Positions 8,627 through 17,564 of a stretch of DNA of 64,000 nucleotides are shown here, one piece after another. A program made the translations under genes and the position numbers. The stretch's first letter is position 1. Each line of letters opens with the position of its first letter. The notes beneath the pieces were generated by a model that was given only the letters and a program-made list of their open reading frames with translations, made no database searches and was not told the origin of the DNA. The DNA is from an uncultured Eubacteriales bacterium (GTDB taxonomy: Bacteria > Bacillota > Clostridia > Christensenellales > Aristaeellaceae), in assembly GCA_902789795.1 (NCBI GenBank), contig CADAPM010000019.1, positions 803 through 64,802 on the forward strand. Direction: 5' to 3'.

Positions 8627-10348
8627 ATGTACATTATCGCAAAAGACGGCACCGGGGATTTTACATCGCTCCAGCAGGCGGTGGACTTTGTGCCGGGCGG
8701 CGGGCAGGCGCCGACGATCCTGCTCGTCCGGCCGGGGGTCTACGAGGAGCGCGTGGTGGTGAATAAGGACAACCTGCGCATCATCGGCGAGGACCGGGAC
8801 CGCACGGTGATCACGGCCCGGGGCTGCGCCAAGGATCTGTACCCCGACGGCACGGAGAAGGGCACCTTTCTCTCCGCGACCTTCCTGGTGGCGGGCGATA
8901 ACGTGGAGGTGGAAAACCTGACCATCCGCAACGACGCGGGGGACGGGCGTCAGGTGGGCCAGGCCGTGGCCGTGTACGCGGCGGGAGACCGGGGCGTCTG
9001 GCGGAACGTGCGCATGATCGCGCACCAGGATACGCTGTTCTGCGGCCCGGTGCAGCAGACGGTACTGGACGAGATCGCGCCGCGGCGGTGCCGGGCGGAG
9101 TTTGCGGAGGCGGTCAACGAGCCTGCCCATACCCAGGGCCGCCAGTATTTTGAGGACTGCTTTATTCAGGGCGACGTGGACTTCATCTTCGGCTCCTACC
9201 GCTGCTGGTTCGAGCGCTGCACCCTGTTCATGAACGCCCGGGGCGGCTACTATACCGCCGCCAACACGCCGGAGGACCAGCCCCACGGCTTCGTGTTCCG
9301 CAACTGCAAGCTGACGGGGGAATGTGAAGCGGGCAAGGCTCTCTTGGGCCGCCCCTGGCGCAGGTTCGCCCGCACCGTGTTCCTGGACTGCGAGATGGAT
9401 GAGTGCGTGGCGCCCCAGGGCTTCTGCGACTGGGACGACATCCGGGTGGTGACCGGGCGCATGGGTGAGTATGGCACTACCGGCGCCCGGGCGGACCAGA
9501 GCGCGCGCCATCCCGCCCAGAAGCGCATCACGGCGGAGGAAGCGGAGGGGATCACCCTGCAGGAGGTGCTGGGCGGCTGGGATCAGTGGCAGCCCGACCG
9601 GCGGGTGCCCACCTGGTTCCTCTGCGGCGACAGCACCATGGCCTATTACGCGCCGGACCGCGCGCCCATGATGGGCTGGGGGCAGAAGCTGCAGACCTGG
9701 CTGAACATGAAGGGGATCCACGAGTACGTGGAGGACTGCGCCGTGAACGGCCGCAGCAGCAAAAGCTTCATCGACGAGCAGCGCTTGGCGCACATCATCC
9801 CCTGCCTGCGGCCGGGGGACAGGATGGTGGTCTGCTTCTCCCACAACGATGAGAAGCCGGATCCCGCCCGCGGCACCACGCCCCACGGCACCTTCCCGGA
9901 ATACATGAGCATGTTCATCGACGCGGCCCTGAAGCACGGGGCGGAGCCGATTCTCTCCACGCCCATCGCCCGCCGGCACTTTAGCGACGAGGGCAGGCTG
10001 ATCCCGACCCACGGGGAGTTCCCGGACGCCATCCGGGACCTGGCTGCGCGCCGGGGCGTGCGGCTGATCGACCTGGAAAAGGCCACCATGCGTCTGGTGC
10101 AGGAGGCGGGGCCGGAGGGCTCCCGGCAGATCTACTGCCATGTGCCCGCCGGCTCGGAGCACTATCCCGACGGCCTCCAGGACAACAGCCACCTGCGGGA
10201 GGAGGGGGCCAGCCGCATCGCCCGCCTGTTCCTGGACCGCTATCTGGATTCCGCCTTCCGGGACGCGGACTTTGACGCCGCGGGGACGGACGACTGCGAC
10301 GACCTGATCGCCCGGGAGGACAGCGTTTACGACAAGGCCCAGCACTGA
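8627..10348 (+). CDS. bifunctional pectin methylesterase (CE8) / SGNH-GDSL esterase (rhamnogalacturonan acetylesterase-like, CE12)
   Basis: The N-terminal half has the pectinesterase motifs GQAVAV, HQDTLF, GDVDFIFG and LGRPW. The C-terminal half has the SGNH blocks FLCGDSTM, GWGQ, NGRSSKSF and DNSHL. SD AGGAGGA lies upstream. Confidence 0.85.
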   Translation: MYIIAKDGTGDFTSLQQAVDFVPGGGQAPTILLVRPGVYEERVVVNKDNLRIIGEDRDRTVITARGCAKDLYPDGTEKGTFLSATFLVAGDNVEVENLTIRNDAGDGRQVGQAVAVYAAGDRGVWRNVRMIAHQDTLFCGPVQQTVLDEIAPRRCRAEFAEAVNEPAHTQGRQYFEDCFIQGDVDFIFGSYRCWFERCTLFMNARGGYYTAANTPEDQPHGFVFRNCKLTGECEAGKALLGRPWRRFARTVFLDCEMDECVAPQGFCDWDDIRVVTGRMGEYGTTGARADQSARHPAQKRITAEEAEGITLQEVLGGWDQWQPDRRVPTWFLCGDSTMAYYAPDRAPMMGWGQKLQTWLNMKGIHEYVEDCAVNGRSSKSFIDEQRLAHIIPCLRPGDRMVVCFSHNDEKPDPARGTTPHGTFPEYMSMFIDAALKHGAEPILSTPIARRHFSDEGRLIPTHGEFPDAIRDLAARRGVRLIDLEKATMRLVQEAGPEGSRQIYCHVPAGSEHYPDGLQDNSHLREEGASRIARLFLDRYLDSAFRDADFDAAGTDDCDDLIAREDSVYDKAQH

Positions 10349-10362
10349 GATTAAAGCATAAC

Positions 10363-10398
10363 AGAGGAGCCGCCGGGCGGCGGCTCCTCTCTTTTCTA
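10363..10398 (+). terminator. intrinsic terminator after the pectinesterase gene
   Basis: 12-bp stem AGAGGAGCCGCC/GGCGGCTCCTCT with loop GGGC, followed by CTTTTCTATT. Confidence 0.7.
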
Positions 10399-10403
10399 TT
10401 GTT

Positions 10404-11810
10404 TCAGTTTACGGCGACGCCGTTCACATACAGGGTGTAGTCGCCCAGCACGTTGTCGATATCGCCCTCAAAGCTGGTCACGTAGGTATCGGCGGTCAGG
10501 GTCCATGTGCTGGTGTCATCCAGGGTCACATTGACGGTGCCCACCTCGGCGGAGACGCTTTCGCCCTTGGCGTTGATGATCCCGCCGCTGACAGTGCCCT
10601 CAAAGGCGCTGCCGTTTTTCAGGTTCAGCTCCAGGGTGGAGTTGCTGCCCACCAGGATCGTGCCGCTGAGCTGCTGGCTGTCGCAGTTCAGGGCGGCGAT
10701 GTTGTCGGCCCCGCTCCAGCCGTCGTCGCACACGGACAGCAGGATGTCGCTGCCCTCGTTGACGAGCTCCACGTCGGTCAGGGTGATGACGGCGTTGGTG
10801 TTGGTCACGTGGAACATGTGGCCGCTCTGGCTGGTCAGGCTGCCGCCGGTCATGGTGAAGGCGCTGGTGCCGCTGTCGGCGTCGCCGCTCATGGACTGGT
10901 AGATCATGATGGTGTCCAGGAAGGTGGCATTGCCGTTCGTTTCGGTGTTGTTGGCGGTCAGATGGCAGTCGGTCAGGGTGATGGAGTTTTTGCCCTCGAT
11001 GCACACGCCCTCGGACAGGTTGCTGATCAGGACGGCGTTGCTGACGGTGATATCCGCCGTGGAATAGATGGCGGGGGAGCCCAGGCCGTTGGTGGTGTAG
11101 GTGCCGCCGTCCACCACCACGGTGCCGCCGCCGCGGTCGGTGCGGATCGCCGCGGAGGAGCGGCCGCTGGTCTCCACGGTCAGGTCGGTGGCATAGGTGA
11201 CGCCGCCGCCGGTGGTCATGATGCCGCCGGAGCCGTCGCCGGTGGTCACGATGGTGGAATCGGAAATGTTCACGATCGTACCGTCGCCGGCTGCGCCGTT
11301 CTGGCCGCCGTTGCCGCCGTAGCTGAACACGCCGTTGGCGCCGTCCGCGTCAGAGGTGATGTTGGCTCCGGTAATGGTGGTGGTGGAGCCGCCCATCACC
11401 AGCAGGGCCGCGTTGAGGCCGTAAAAGTTGCAGTTGTCGCCGCCGTCGGAGTCGCCGGTCTTCGCCACGGTGATGTCCGAGAGGGAGACGGCCTCCGCCG
11501 TATTCACGATCAGGGCGCTGACGTCTGCTGTCGCGGAGACGTAGGCCTCGCCGCTCGCGTCCGCCGCTTCGGTGATCTCGGTGACGGCGCTGTATTCAAA
11601 GGAAGAAGTTCTGCCTCCGGGCGGGGTGCCGCCGCCGAAGCTGCCGTTCGCGCCGCCGGGAGGCGTGCCCCTGCCATCGGGCGGAGCGCCCATGCCGTCA
11701 GGTGGCGTACCCATACCATCGGGAGGCGTACCCATGCCGCCTTCGGCAAACGCCCAGACGGAAGTCAGCGCCATCGTCAGTGCGATCAGCATAGCAAGGA
11801 TCTTCTTCAT
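10404..11810 (-). CDS. secreted right-handed beta-helix repeat protein (pectate-lyase-like / carbohydrate-binding fold) with an N-terminal Pro/Gly repeat linker
   Basis: Start reset to ATG 11810 (SD GGAGGAA, signal peptide MKKILAMLIALTMALTSVWAFAEG). The body is Gly/Thr/Asp-rich with periodic I/V-x-I/V repeats (ITGANITSDADGANG, IVTTGDGSGG, VVVDGGTYTTNG). Confidence 0.6.
   Translation of the reverse strand: MKKILAMLIALTMALTSVWAFAEGGMGTPPDGMGTPPDGMGAPPDGRGTPPGGANGSFGGGTPPGGRTSSFEYSAVTEITEAADASGEAYVSATADVSALIVNTAEAVSLSDITVAKTGDSDGGDNCNFYGLNAALLVMGGSTTTITGANITSDADGANGVFSYGGNGGQNGAAGDGTIVNISDSTIVTTGDGSGGIMTTGGGVTYATDLTVETSGRSSAAIRTDRGGGTVVVDGGTYTTNGLGSPAIYSTADITVSNAVLISNLSEGVCIEGKNSITLTDCHLTANNTETNGNATFLDTIMIYQSMSGDADSGTSAFTMTGGSLTSQSGHMFHVTNTNAVITLTDVELVNEGSDILLSVCDDGWSGADNIAALNCDSQQLSGTILVGSNSTLELNLKNGSAFEGTVSGGIINAKGESVSAEVGTVNVTLDDTSTWTLTADTYVTSFEGDIDNVLGDYTLYVNGVAVN
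11655..11739 (-). repeat. in-frame 24-nt tandem repeat encoding GMGTPPDG x~3.5
   Basis: The protein segment is GMGTPPDGMGTPPDGMGAPPDGRGTPPGG. The DNA copies are visibly repeated with synonymous differences. Confidence 0.75.
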
Positions 11811-11979
11811 CGTAGTTTCCTCCTCATCCAGGGGCTTTCCTGCCCCTGTGGAGGATATTGTAGCTGTAAAGCTTAAAGGAATCTTGAAATTCCTTATTCT
11901 TTTTTTATGGGTTTTGTTATATACTGTTCCTGCAGTTTGATCTCTTTTCACTGCCATCACGTAAGACGATAGGTGGATC

Positions 11980-12756
11980 ATGAAGATCACGATTCTGACG
12001 ATTTTCCCGGAAATGTGCGAGCATGTGCTGTCGTCCAGCATCCTGGGGCGGGCTCGCCAGGCGGGGCTGATCGAGGCCCGGGCGGTGGATATCCGCCCCT
12101 ATTCCAGCCAGAAGCACAAGAATACGGACGATTACCCCTTCGGCGGCGGCCAGGGCATGCTGATGACCGCCCAGCCCATCGCCGACGCCATGAAGGACGT
12201 CTGCGGGCCGGACTTCCACGGGCTGCGCATCTTTATGGGGCCCAAGGGGGAAACGCTTAATCAGAAGCTGGTCGCGGAGCTTTCCCGCGAGCAGGAGCTG
12301 GTGATCCTCTGCGGGCATTACGAGGGCGTGGACCAGCGGGCGCTGGACCACTACATCGACCGGGAGGTCTCCATCGGGGATTACATCCTGACCGGGGGAG
12401 AGCTGGCGGCGCTGGTGCTGACGGACACGGTGGCGCGGCTGATCCCCGGCGTGCTGGGCTCCTCTTCCAGCGCCGTGGACGAGAGCTTTTCCGCCGCCGG
12501 ACTGCTGGAATACCCGCAGTACACCCGGCCCCGGGTCTTTGAGGGCGAGGAGGTGCCGCCGGTGCTGCTGAGCGGCGACCACCGGGCCATCGCCGAATGG
12601 CGGCGGCAGCAGGCGATTCTGGAGACGGCGCGCCTGCGCCCGGACCTGCTCAAGACCGCCGAGCTGACCGGGAAGGAAAAACAGTTTCTGTTAGACCGGG
12701 GCTTTGAGGACGCTGAGGAGCTCGGCAGAACGGAGCGGAATGATGAAGCTGAATGA
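11980..12756 (+). CDS. trmD: tRNA (guanine37-N1)-methyltransferase
   Basis: MKITILTIFPEM..., DDYPFGGGQGMLM, and CGHYEGVDQR...SIGDYILTGGELAA are classic TrmD signatures. Confidence 0.9.
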   Translation: MKITILTIFPEMCEHVLSSSILGRARQAGLIEARAVDIRPYSSQKHKNTDDYPFGGGQGMLMTAQPIADAMKDVCGPDFHGLRIFMGPKGETLNQKLVAELSREQELVILCGHYEGVDQRALDHYIDREVSIGDYILTGGELAALVLTDTVARLIPGVLGSSSSAVDESFSAAGLLEYPQYTRPRVFEGEEVPPVLLSGDHRAIAEWRRQQAILETARLRPDLLKTAELTGKEKQFLLDRGFEDAEELGRTERNDEAE

Positions 12757-15178
12757 CCGCTGGACGATGACCGTGGGCGGGCGGCAGTACCCCTGCCGGG
12801 TGCCCTGCTCGCTGTACGATACCCTGTACCACGCCGGGGAGATCCCGGACCCCTATTTCGGGGAGAACGAATACGCCCTCACCGCGCTCAGCGATCAGGA
12901 CGTGCTGCTGGAGCGCGGGATCGAGCTGCCAGGGGATCTGGCAGGCGCGGACAGGCTGTACCTGACCTTTGAGGGCATCGACACCCTGGGCGAGGTGCGC
13001 CTGAACGGCCAGCTGCTGGGCTGTACGGACAACATGCACCGCACCTGGGAGTATGAGATCGGCTCCCTCCTGCAGCCGGGTGTCCAGCGCCTGAGCGTGC
13101 TCCTGCGCTCGCCGAACCGCTATATTGCCGAGCGCCAGACCGAGCGCCCGTTGTGGGGCGTGGACAGCACCATGCCCGGGTACCCGCACCTGCGCAAGGC
13201 CCACTATATGTTCGGCTGGGACTGGGGTCCCAAGTTGCCCGACCTGGGCCTCTGGCGCGGCGTGCGGCTGGAGGGGTACACGGGCGGCAGGATCCGCGAT
13301 ATGCACATCCGCCAGCGCCATGAGCAGGGCCGCGTGATCCTGAGCTGCGCGGCGGACCTGGACATCTGGTCTGAGGGCCTGACCGCCTGTTGGGAGGTCA
13401 CAGCGCCGGACGGACAGAGCTGGAGCGTGCCGCTCACGAACGGCAGGGCGGAGCTCACGATCGAGCATCCCCAGCTCTGGTGGGTGCGCGGGCTGGGAGA
13501 ACAGCCCCTGTATCTGAACCGGGTGCGCCTGATGAAGGACGGCGTCGAAACCGATGCCCGGGAGCAAAGGCTGGGCCTCCGGACGCTGACGGTCCTCCAG
13601 AAAGAGGACCAGTGGGGGCACGAGTTCTGCTTTGCGGTGAACGGGGTCCGGGTCTTCGCCATGGGCGCGAACTACATCCCGGAGGACCAGATCCTGCCCC
13701 GCTGCACGGCGGAGCGCACAAAAAAGCTGCTCAGCGACTGCGAGCAGGCGAATTACAATTTCATCCGCGTCTGGGGCGGCGGCCTCTACCCCGACGACTG
13801 GTTCTATGACTGGTGCGACGAGCACGGCTTCATCGTCTGGCAGGACTTCATGTTCGCCTGCTCCGCCTACCGCCTGGCCGGCGGCTTCGGGGAGACGGTG
13901 CGGCAGGAAGTCATCGACAACGTGCGCCGGCTCAGGCACCACCCGTCCCTGGGCCTGTGGTGCGGGAACAATGAGATCGAGTCGGCCTGGGTGGGCTGGG
14001 GGCTCCCGGAGGATCCGGAGGCGAAGGCGGATTACACCCGCCTGTTCGAGGAGCTGATCCCGGAGCTTCTGGGCGTCCACGACCCGGACACCTTCTACTG
14101 GCCGTCCTCGCCCTCCTCCGGCGGCGGGTTTAAGGACCCGTCCTCCAACCTGGCCGGGGACATGCACTACTGGGCGGTCTGGCACAGCTTCAAGCCCATT
14201 GAGGCCTTCCGGGCCTTCTATTACCGCTTCTGCTCCGAGTACGGCTTTGAGAGCGTGCCCGACCTGCGCACCGTCCGCGCCTTCGCGGGCGAGGGAGACC
14301 TGGACCTGTGCAGCCCGGCCATCGAGGCGCACCAGAAGTGCACCCTGGGCAATGAAAAGATCATGTTCTACCTGGCGCAGATGGTCAACTATCCCCGGAC
14401 CTTTGAGCGCCTGATCTACTGCTCCCAGTTCGTGCAGGCGGAGAGCATCCGCTCCGACGTGGAGCACATGCGCCGCGCCCGGGGCCGCTGCATGGGCTCG
14501 GCCTACTGGCAGGTCAACGATTCCAACCCTGTGATCTCCTGGAGCAGCATCGACTACTTCGGCCGCTGGAAGGCGCTGCACTACGCCGCCCGCCGCTTCT
14601 ACGCGCCGGTGCTCCTCTCCTGCGACGATACGGACCCGCTGCATCCCGTGCTGTACATGACCAACGACACCCGGGAAACACAGCCCCTGACGGTGGTCTG
14701 CCGCCTGCGGGATAGGAGCGCCGCCGTCCTGAAGGAAGTGCGGGCCGCCTTCACCGCCGAGGCCCTGTCCGCGGCTCCCTGCCTGAATCTTGATCTTTCC
14801 TCGGACCTCAACAGCCTGGAGGACAAACGCACCAAGTACCTGGAATATGTGCTGACGGACGAAAACGGCTGCGCTCTCGGCGCGGGCACCACCCTGTTCA
14901 CCCGGGTGAAGTCCTTCCGTTTCCTGCCCGCGGAGATCCGCTGCGAGGTATCGGAAGAACCCCAGGCCTTTGCAATCACGCTCCGGGCGAATGCCTTCGT
15001 CAAGAGCCTGTGCCTGAGTTTGCGGGATGCGGACGCCGTCTTCAGCGACAACTGGTTCGACCTGCACGGCGACGAGCCCGTGACCGTCACGCTGCCGAAG
15101 GACGGCGAACTCCAGGGCATGAGCGCGGATGACGTCCGGAATCTCCTGGTATTGGAATACTATAACGACGGCAATTAA
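12740..15178 (+). CDS. GH2 beta-mannosidase
   Basis: KAHYMFGWDWGPKLPD, WQDFMFAC, CGNNEIESAW (acid/base) and FCSEYGFES (nucleophile). Length is ~810 aa. The start was moved to ATG 12740, downstream of GGAGCGGA. Confidence 0.85.
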   Translation: MMKLNDRWTMTVGGRQYPCRVPCSLYDTLYHAGEIPDPYFGENEYALTALSDQDVLLERGIELPGDLAGADRLYLTFEGIDTLGEVRLNGQLLGCTDNMHRTWEYEIGSLLQPGVQRLSVLLRSPNRYIAERQTERPLWGVDSTMPGYPHLRKAHYMFGWDWGPKLPDLGLWRGVRLEGYTGGRIRDMHIRQRHEQGRVILSCAADLDIWSEGLTACWEVTAPDGQSWSVPLTNGRAELTIEHPQLWWVRGLGEQPLYLNRVRLMKDGVETDAREQRLGLRTLTVLQKEDQWGHEFCFAVNGVRVFAMGANYIPEDQILPRCTAERTKKLLSDCEQANYNFIRVWGGGLYPDDWFYDWCDEHGFIVWQDFMFACSAYRLAGGFGETVRQEVIDNVRRLRHHPSLGLWCGNNEIESAWVGWGLPEDPEAKADYTRLFEELIPELLGVHDPDTFYWPSSPSSGGGFKDPSSNLAGDMHYWAVWHSFKPIEAFRAFYYRFCSEYGFESVPDLRTVRAFAGEGDLDLCSPAIEAHQKCTLGNEKIMFYLAQMVNYPRTFERLIYCSQFVQAESIRSDVEHMRRARGRCMGSAYWQVNDSNPVISWSSIDYFGRWKALHYAARRFYAPVLLSCDDTDPLHPVLYMTNDTRETQPLTVVCRLRDRSAAVLKEVRAAFTAEALSAAPCLNLDLSSDLNSLEDKRTKYLEYVLTDENGCALGAGTTLFTRVKSFRFLPAEIRCEVSEEPQAFAITLRANAFVKSLCLSLRDADAVFSDNWFDLHGDEPVTVTLPKDGELQGMSADDVRNLLVLEYYNDGN

Positions 15179-15193
15179 ATACTGCGGTCATGC

Positions 15194-15236
15194 AAAAACG
15201 GGACTGCCGTACAGCCTGCGGCAGTCCCGTATTTTG
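15194..15236. terminator. bidirectional intrinsic terminator between the beta-mannosidase gene and iorB
   Basis: 11-bp stem CGGGACTGCCG/CGGCAGTCCCG, flanked by an A-run and a T-run. Confidence 0.7.
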
Positions 15237-15250
15237 ATGCTATAGAATGA

Positions 15251-15823
15251 TTATTCCTGCTCGTACCCCAGCGCGAAGGCCTTCAGGTTGATCTCCAGGA
15301 ATTTGGGCGGCACGGTGGCGCGGAGGGTCTCCTCCCACTGCGCGCGGGGGATCGGTGTGTTCTTGGCCAACAGGCCGATCAGCACGACGTTCACGGCCTT
15401 GATGCTGCCGGCCTCCTTCGCCAGCGCCAGGGCGTCCACGGCGGTCACCTTGGCCTGGGCTTTCAGTGTTTCAACGATGCCCTGGGGGTATTCCGCAGCG
15501 CCGGTGATCACCGGCATGGGGTCGATCTGCTGGGTGTTGACGATGATCTGCCCGTCGGGCTTCAGGTAGGGCAGAGCGCGCAGGGCTTCCAGCAGCTCAA
15601 AGGAGAGGATGATGTCCGCGCCGCCCTTTTCGATGATGGGCGACCAGACCTTTTCCCCGAAACGGACGTAGGTGGTCACGCTGCCGCCGCGCTGGCTCAT
15701 GCCGTGCACCTCGGAGACCTTCACGTCATAGCCCGCCTGGGTCAGGGTATTGCCCAGGATGCGGCTGGCCAGCAGGGTGCCCTGGCCGCCGACGCCGACG
15801 ATCATGATGCTCGTGTTGCTCAT
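15251..15823 (-). CDS. iorB: indolepyruvate (arylpyruvate):ferredoxin oxidoreductase, beta subunit
   Basis: 190 aa with IVGVGGQGTLLASRIL and VHGMSQRGGSV. It lies directly downstream of iorA. Confidence 0.85.
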   Translation of the reverse strand: MSNTSIMIVGVGGQGTLLASRILGNTLTQAGYDVKVSEVHGMSQRGGSVTTYVRFGEKVWSPIIEKGGADIILSFELLEALRALPYLKPDGQIIVNTQQIDPMPVITGAAEYPQGIVETLKAQAKVTAVDALALAKEAGSIKAVNVVLIGLLAKNTPIPRAQWEETLRATVPPKFLEINLKAFALGYEQE

Positions 15824-15824
15824 G

Positions 15825-17564
15825 TCACTCCGCCTCCTTTGTGATGGCGTGGAAGGGGCAGACGTTCACGCACAGCCCGCAGCCGTTGCACTGGGTCGGA
15901 TCGACGACCACGCGGCCCTCGCGCACGGTCAGGGCCGGGCAGCCCAGCTTCATGCACACGCGGCAGTTGCGGCAGGCGTCCGCGTCGACCCTGCAATGGC
16001 CCGAGTATTTCACATACTTGAGCAGGGCGCAGGGGCGCTGCGCGATGATCACGGAGGGCTCGTCGGCGGCGACCTCCTCCTTCACGGCGGCCTCCATGGC
16101 CTTCACGTCGAAGGGGTCCACCACGCGCACGCGGCTGATGCCCACGGCCTTGGCCAGGAGCTCCAGGTCCACCTGCTTGGTGGCCTCGCCGCGGATGGTC
16201 TTTCCGGTGGTCGGGTTATCCTGGTGCCCGGTCATGCCGGTGATGGAGTTGTCCAGGATGATGACCGTGTTGATGCCCTTGTTGTACACCACGTCGATGA
16301 GGCCGGTGATGCCCGAATGGATGAAGGTGGAATCGCCGATCACGCTGACCAGCTTCTTGGCGAACTCCGGCCCTCGGGCCTTGGCCATGCCCAGCGCCGC
16401 GCCGATGGAAGCGCCCATGCAGACGGTGGTATCGATGGAGCTCAGGGGCGGCGCCGCGCCGAGGGTGTAGCAGCCGATGTCGCCGCACACGGTCAGGCCC
16501 AGCTTTTTGAGCACGTAGAAGGTGCCGCGGTGCGGGCAGCCCGCGCACATGACCGGCGGGCGCACCGGCACCGGAGAAGCTTTGGGGGCGGGGGCGTCGT
16601 TGACGCCCAGCACGATCGCGCGGATCATGGCGGCGGTGTATTCGCCCAGCAGGGTGAAGGCTTCCTTGCCGATCACCCGGAGGCCCAGGGCCTTCGCGTG
16701 ATCCTCGATGAAGGGATCCAGCTGCTCGATCACATAGGTGGTCTCGTGGGCCTGCACGAAGTCGCTCAGCTTCTTTTCCGGCAGCGGCCAGACCATGCCC
16801 AGCTTCAGGTAGTCCGCCTGGTCGCCCAGCGCCTCCTGGGCGTACAGGTAGGAAATGCCCGCGCAGACCACGCCGATCTTCGCGCCGCTGCCGATGACCT
16901 GGTTCAGCTCCGTCTCCTCCGCAAAGGCTTTCAGGGCCAGGGTGCGCTCCTCCACGCTCACGTGGCGGCGGATGGCGTTGGCGGGGGTCATGACGTACTT
17001 GGCGGGGTCCTTCCGGTAGTCCTTCAGCGGCGCGTCCTCCGGCTCGCTCAGCGTGACCAGGCTCTGGGAGTGGGCCACGCGGGTGGTCAGGCGCAGGAAC
17101 ACAGGCGCGTCAAAGCGCTCGCTCAGCGCATAGGCCGCCTTCGTATAGGCCAGGCACTCGGCGGAGTCCGCGGGCTCCAGCATGGGGCACTTGGCGGCCT
17201 CGGCGTAGTGGCGGCTGTCCTGCTCGTTCTGGCTGGAGTGCATGCCGGGGTCGTCCGCCACGGCGATCACCAGCCCGCCGTTGACGCCGGTGTACCCAGC
17301 GGTGAAGATGGGGTCTGCCATCACGTTGAGGCCGACGTGCTTGCAGCAGGTCATGGCCCGCGCGCCGCCGATGGAAGCGCCGATGGCGACCTCCGCGGCG
17401 ACCTTCTCATTGGGCGCCCATTCGCAGTAAATGTCCGGATACTGGACGATGCTTTCGGTGATCTCCGTGCTCGGCGTGCCGGGATAGGAGGCCACGACGC
17501 GGACGCCGGCCTCATACGCGCCGCGCGCGACGGCGGCGTTGCCGATCAAGAGCTGTGGTTTCAT
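15825..17564 (-). CDS. iorA: indolepyruvate (arylpyruvate):ferredoxin oxidoreductase, alpha subunit
   Basis: 579 aa with the TPP-binding motif GDSTFIHSG...NSITGMTG and a C-terminal 2x[4Fe-4S] motif (CRNCRVCMKLGCP, CNGCGLCVNVCP). Confidence 0.85.
   Translation of the reverse strand: MKPQLLIGNAAVARGAYEAGVRVVASYPGTPSTEITESIVQYPDIYCEWAPNEKVAAEVAIGASIGGARAMTCCKHVGLNVMADPIFTAGYTGVNGGLVIAVADDPGMHSSQNEQDSRHYAEAAKCPMLEPADSAECLAYTKAAYALSERFDAPVFLRLTTRVAHSQSLVTLSEPEDAPLKDYRKDPAKYVMTPANAIRRHVSVEERTLALKAFAEETELNQVIGSGAKIGVVCAGISYLYAQEALGDQADYLKLGMVWPLPEKKLSDFVQAHETTYVIEQLDPFIEDHAKALGLRVIGKEAFTLLGEYTAAMIRAIVLGVNDAPAPKASPVPVRPPVMCAGCPHRGTFYVLKKLGLTVCGDIGCYTLGAAPPLSSIDTTVCMGASIGAALGMAKARGPEFAKKLVSVIGDSTFIHSGITGLIDVVYNKGINTVIILDNSITGMTGHQDNPTTGKTIRGEATKQVDLELLAKAVGISRVRVVDPFDVKAMEAAVKEEVAADEPSVIIAQRPCALLKYVKYSGHCRVDADACRNCRVCMKLGCPALTVREGRVVVDPTQCNGCGLCVNVCPFHAITKEAE

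Noticed and set aside
8621-10345. 574-aa ORF antisense to the pectinesterase gene
   Set aside because: It has an Arg/Gly/His/Pro/Val-dominated low-complexity composition, which is typical of antisense frames in GC-rich DNA. The opposite strand carries unambiguous CE8 and SGNH motifs.
11811-12041. 77-codon N-terminal extension of the beta-helix protein ORF
   Set aside because: It overlaps trmD and its promoter region. The internal ATG at 11810 has a strong SD and begins a canonical signal peptide.
12650-15067. 805-aa ORF antisense to the beta-mannosidase gene
   Set aside because: It shows the same compositional artefact, and the plus strand encodes a clear GH2 enzyme.
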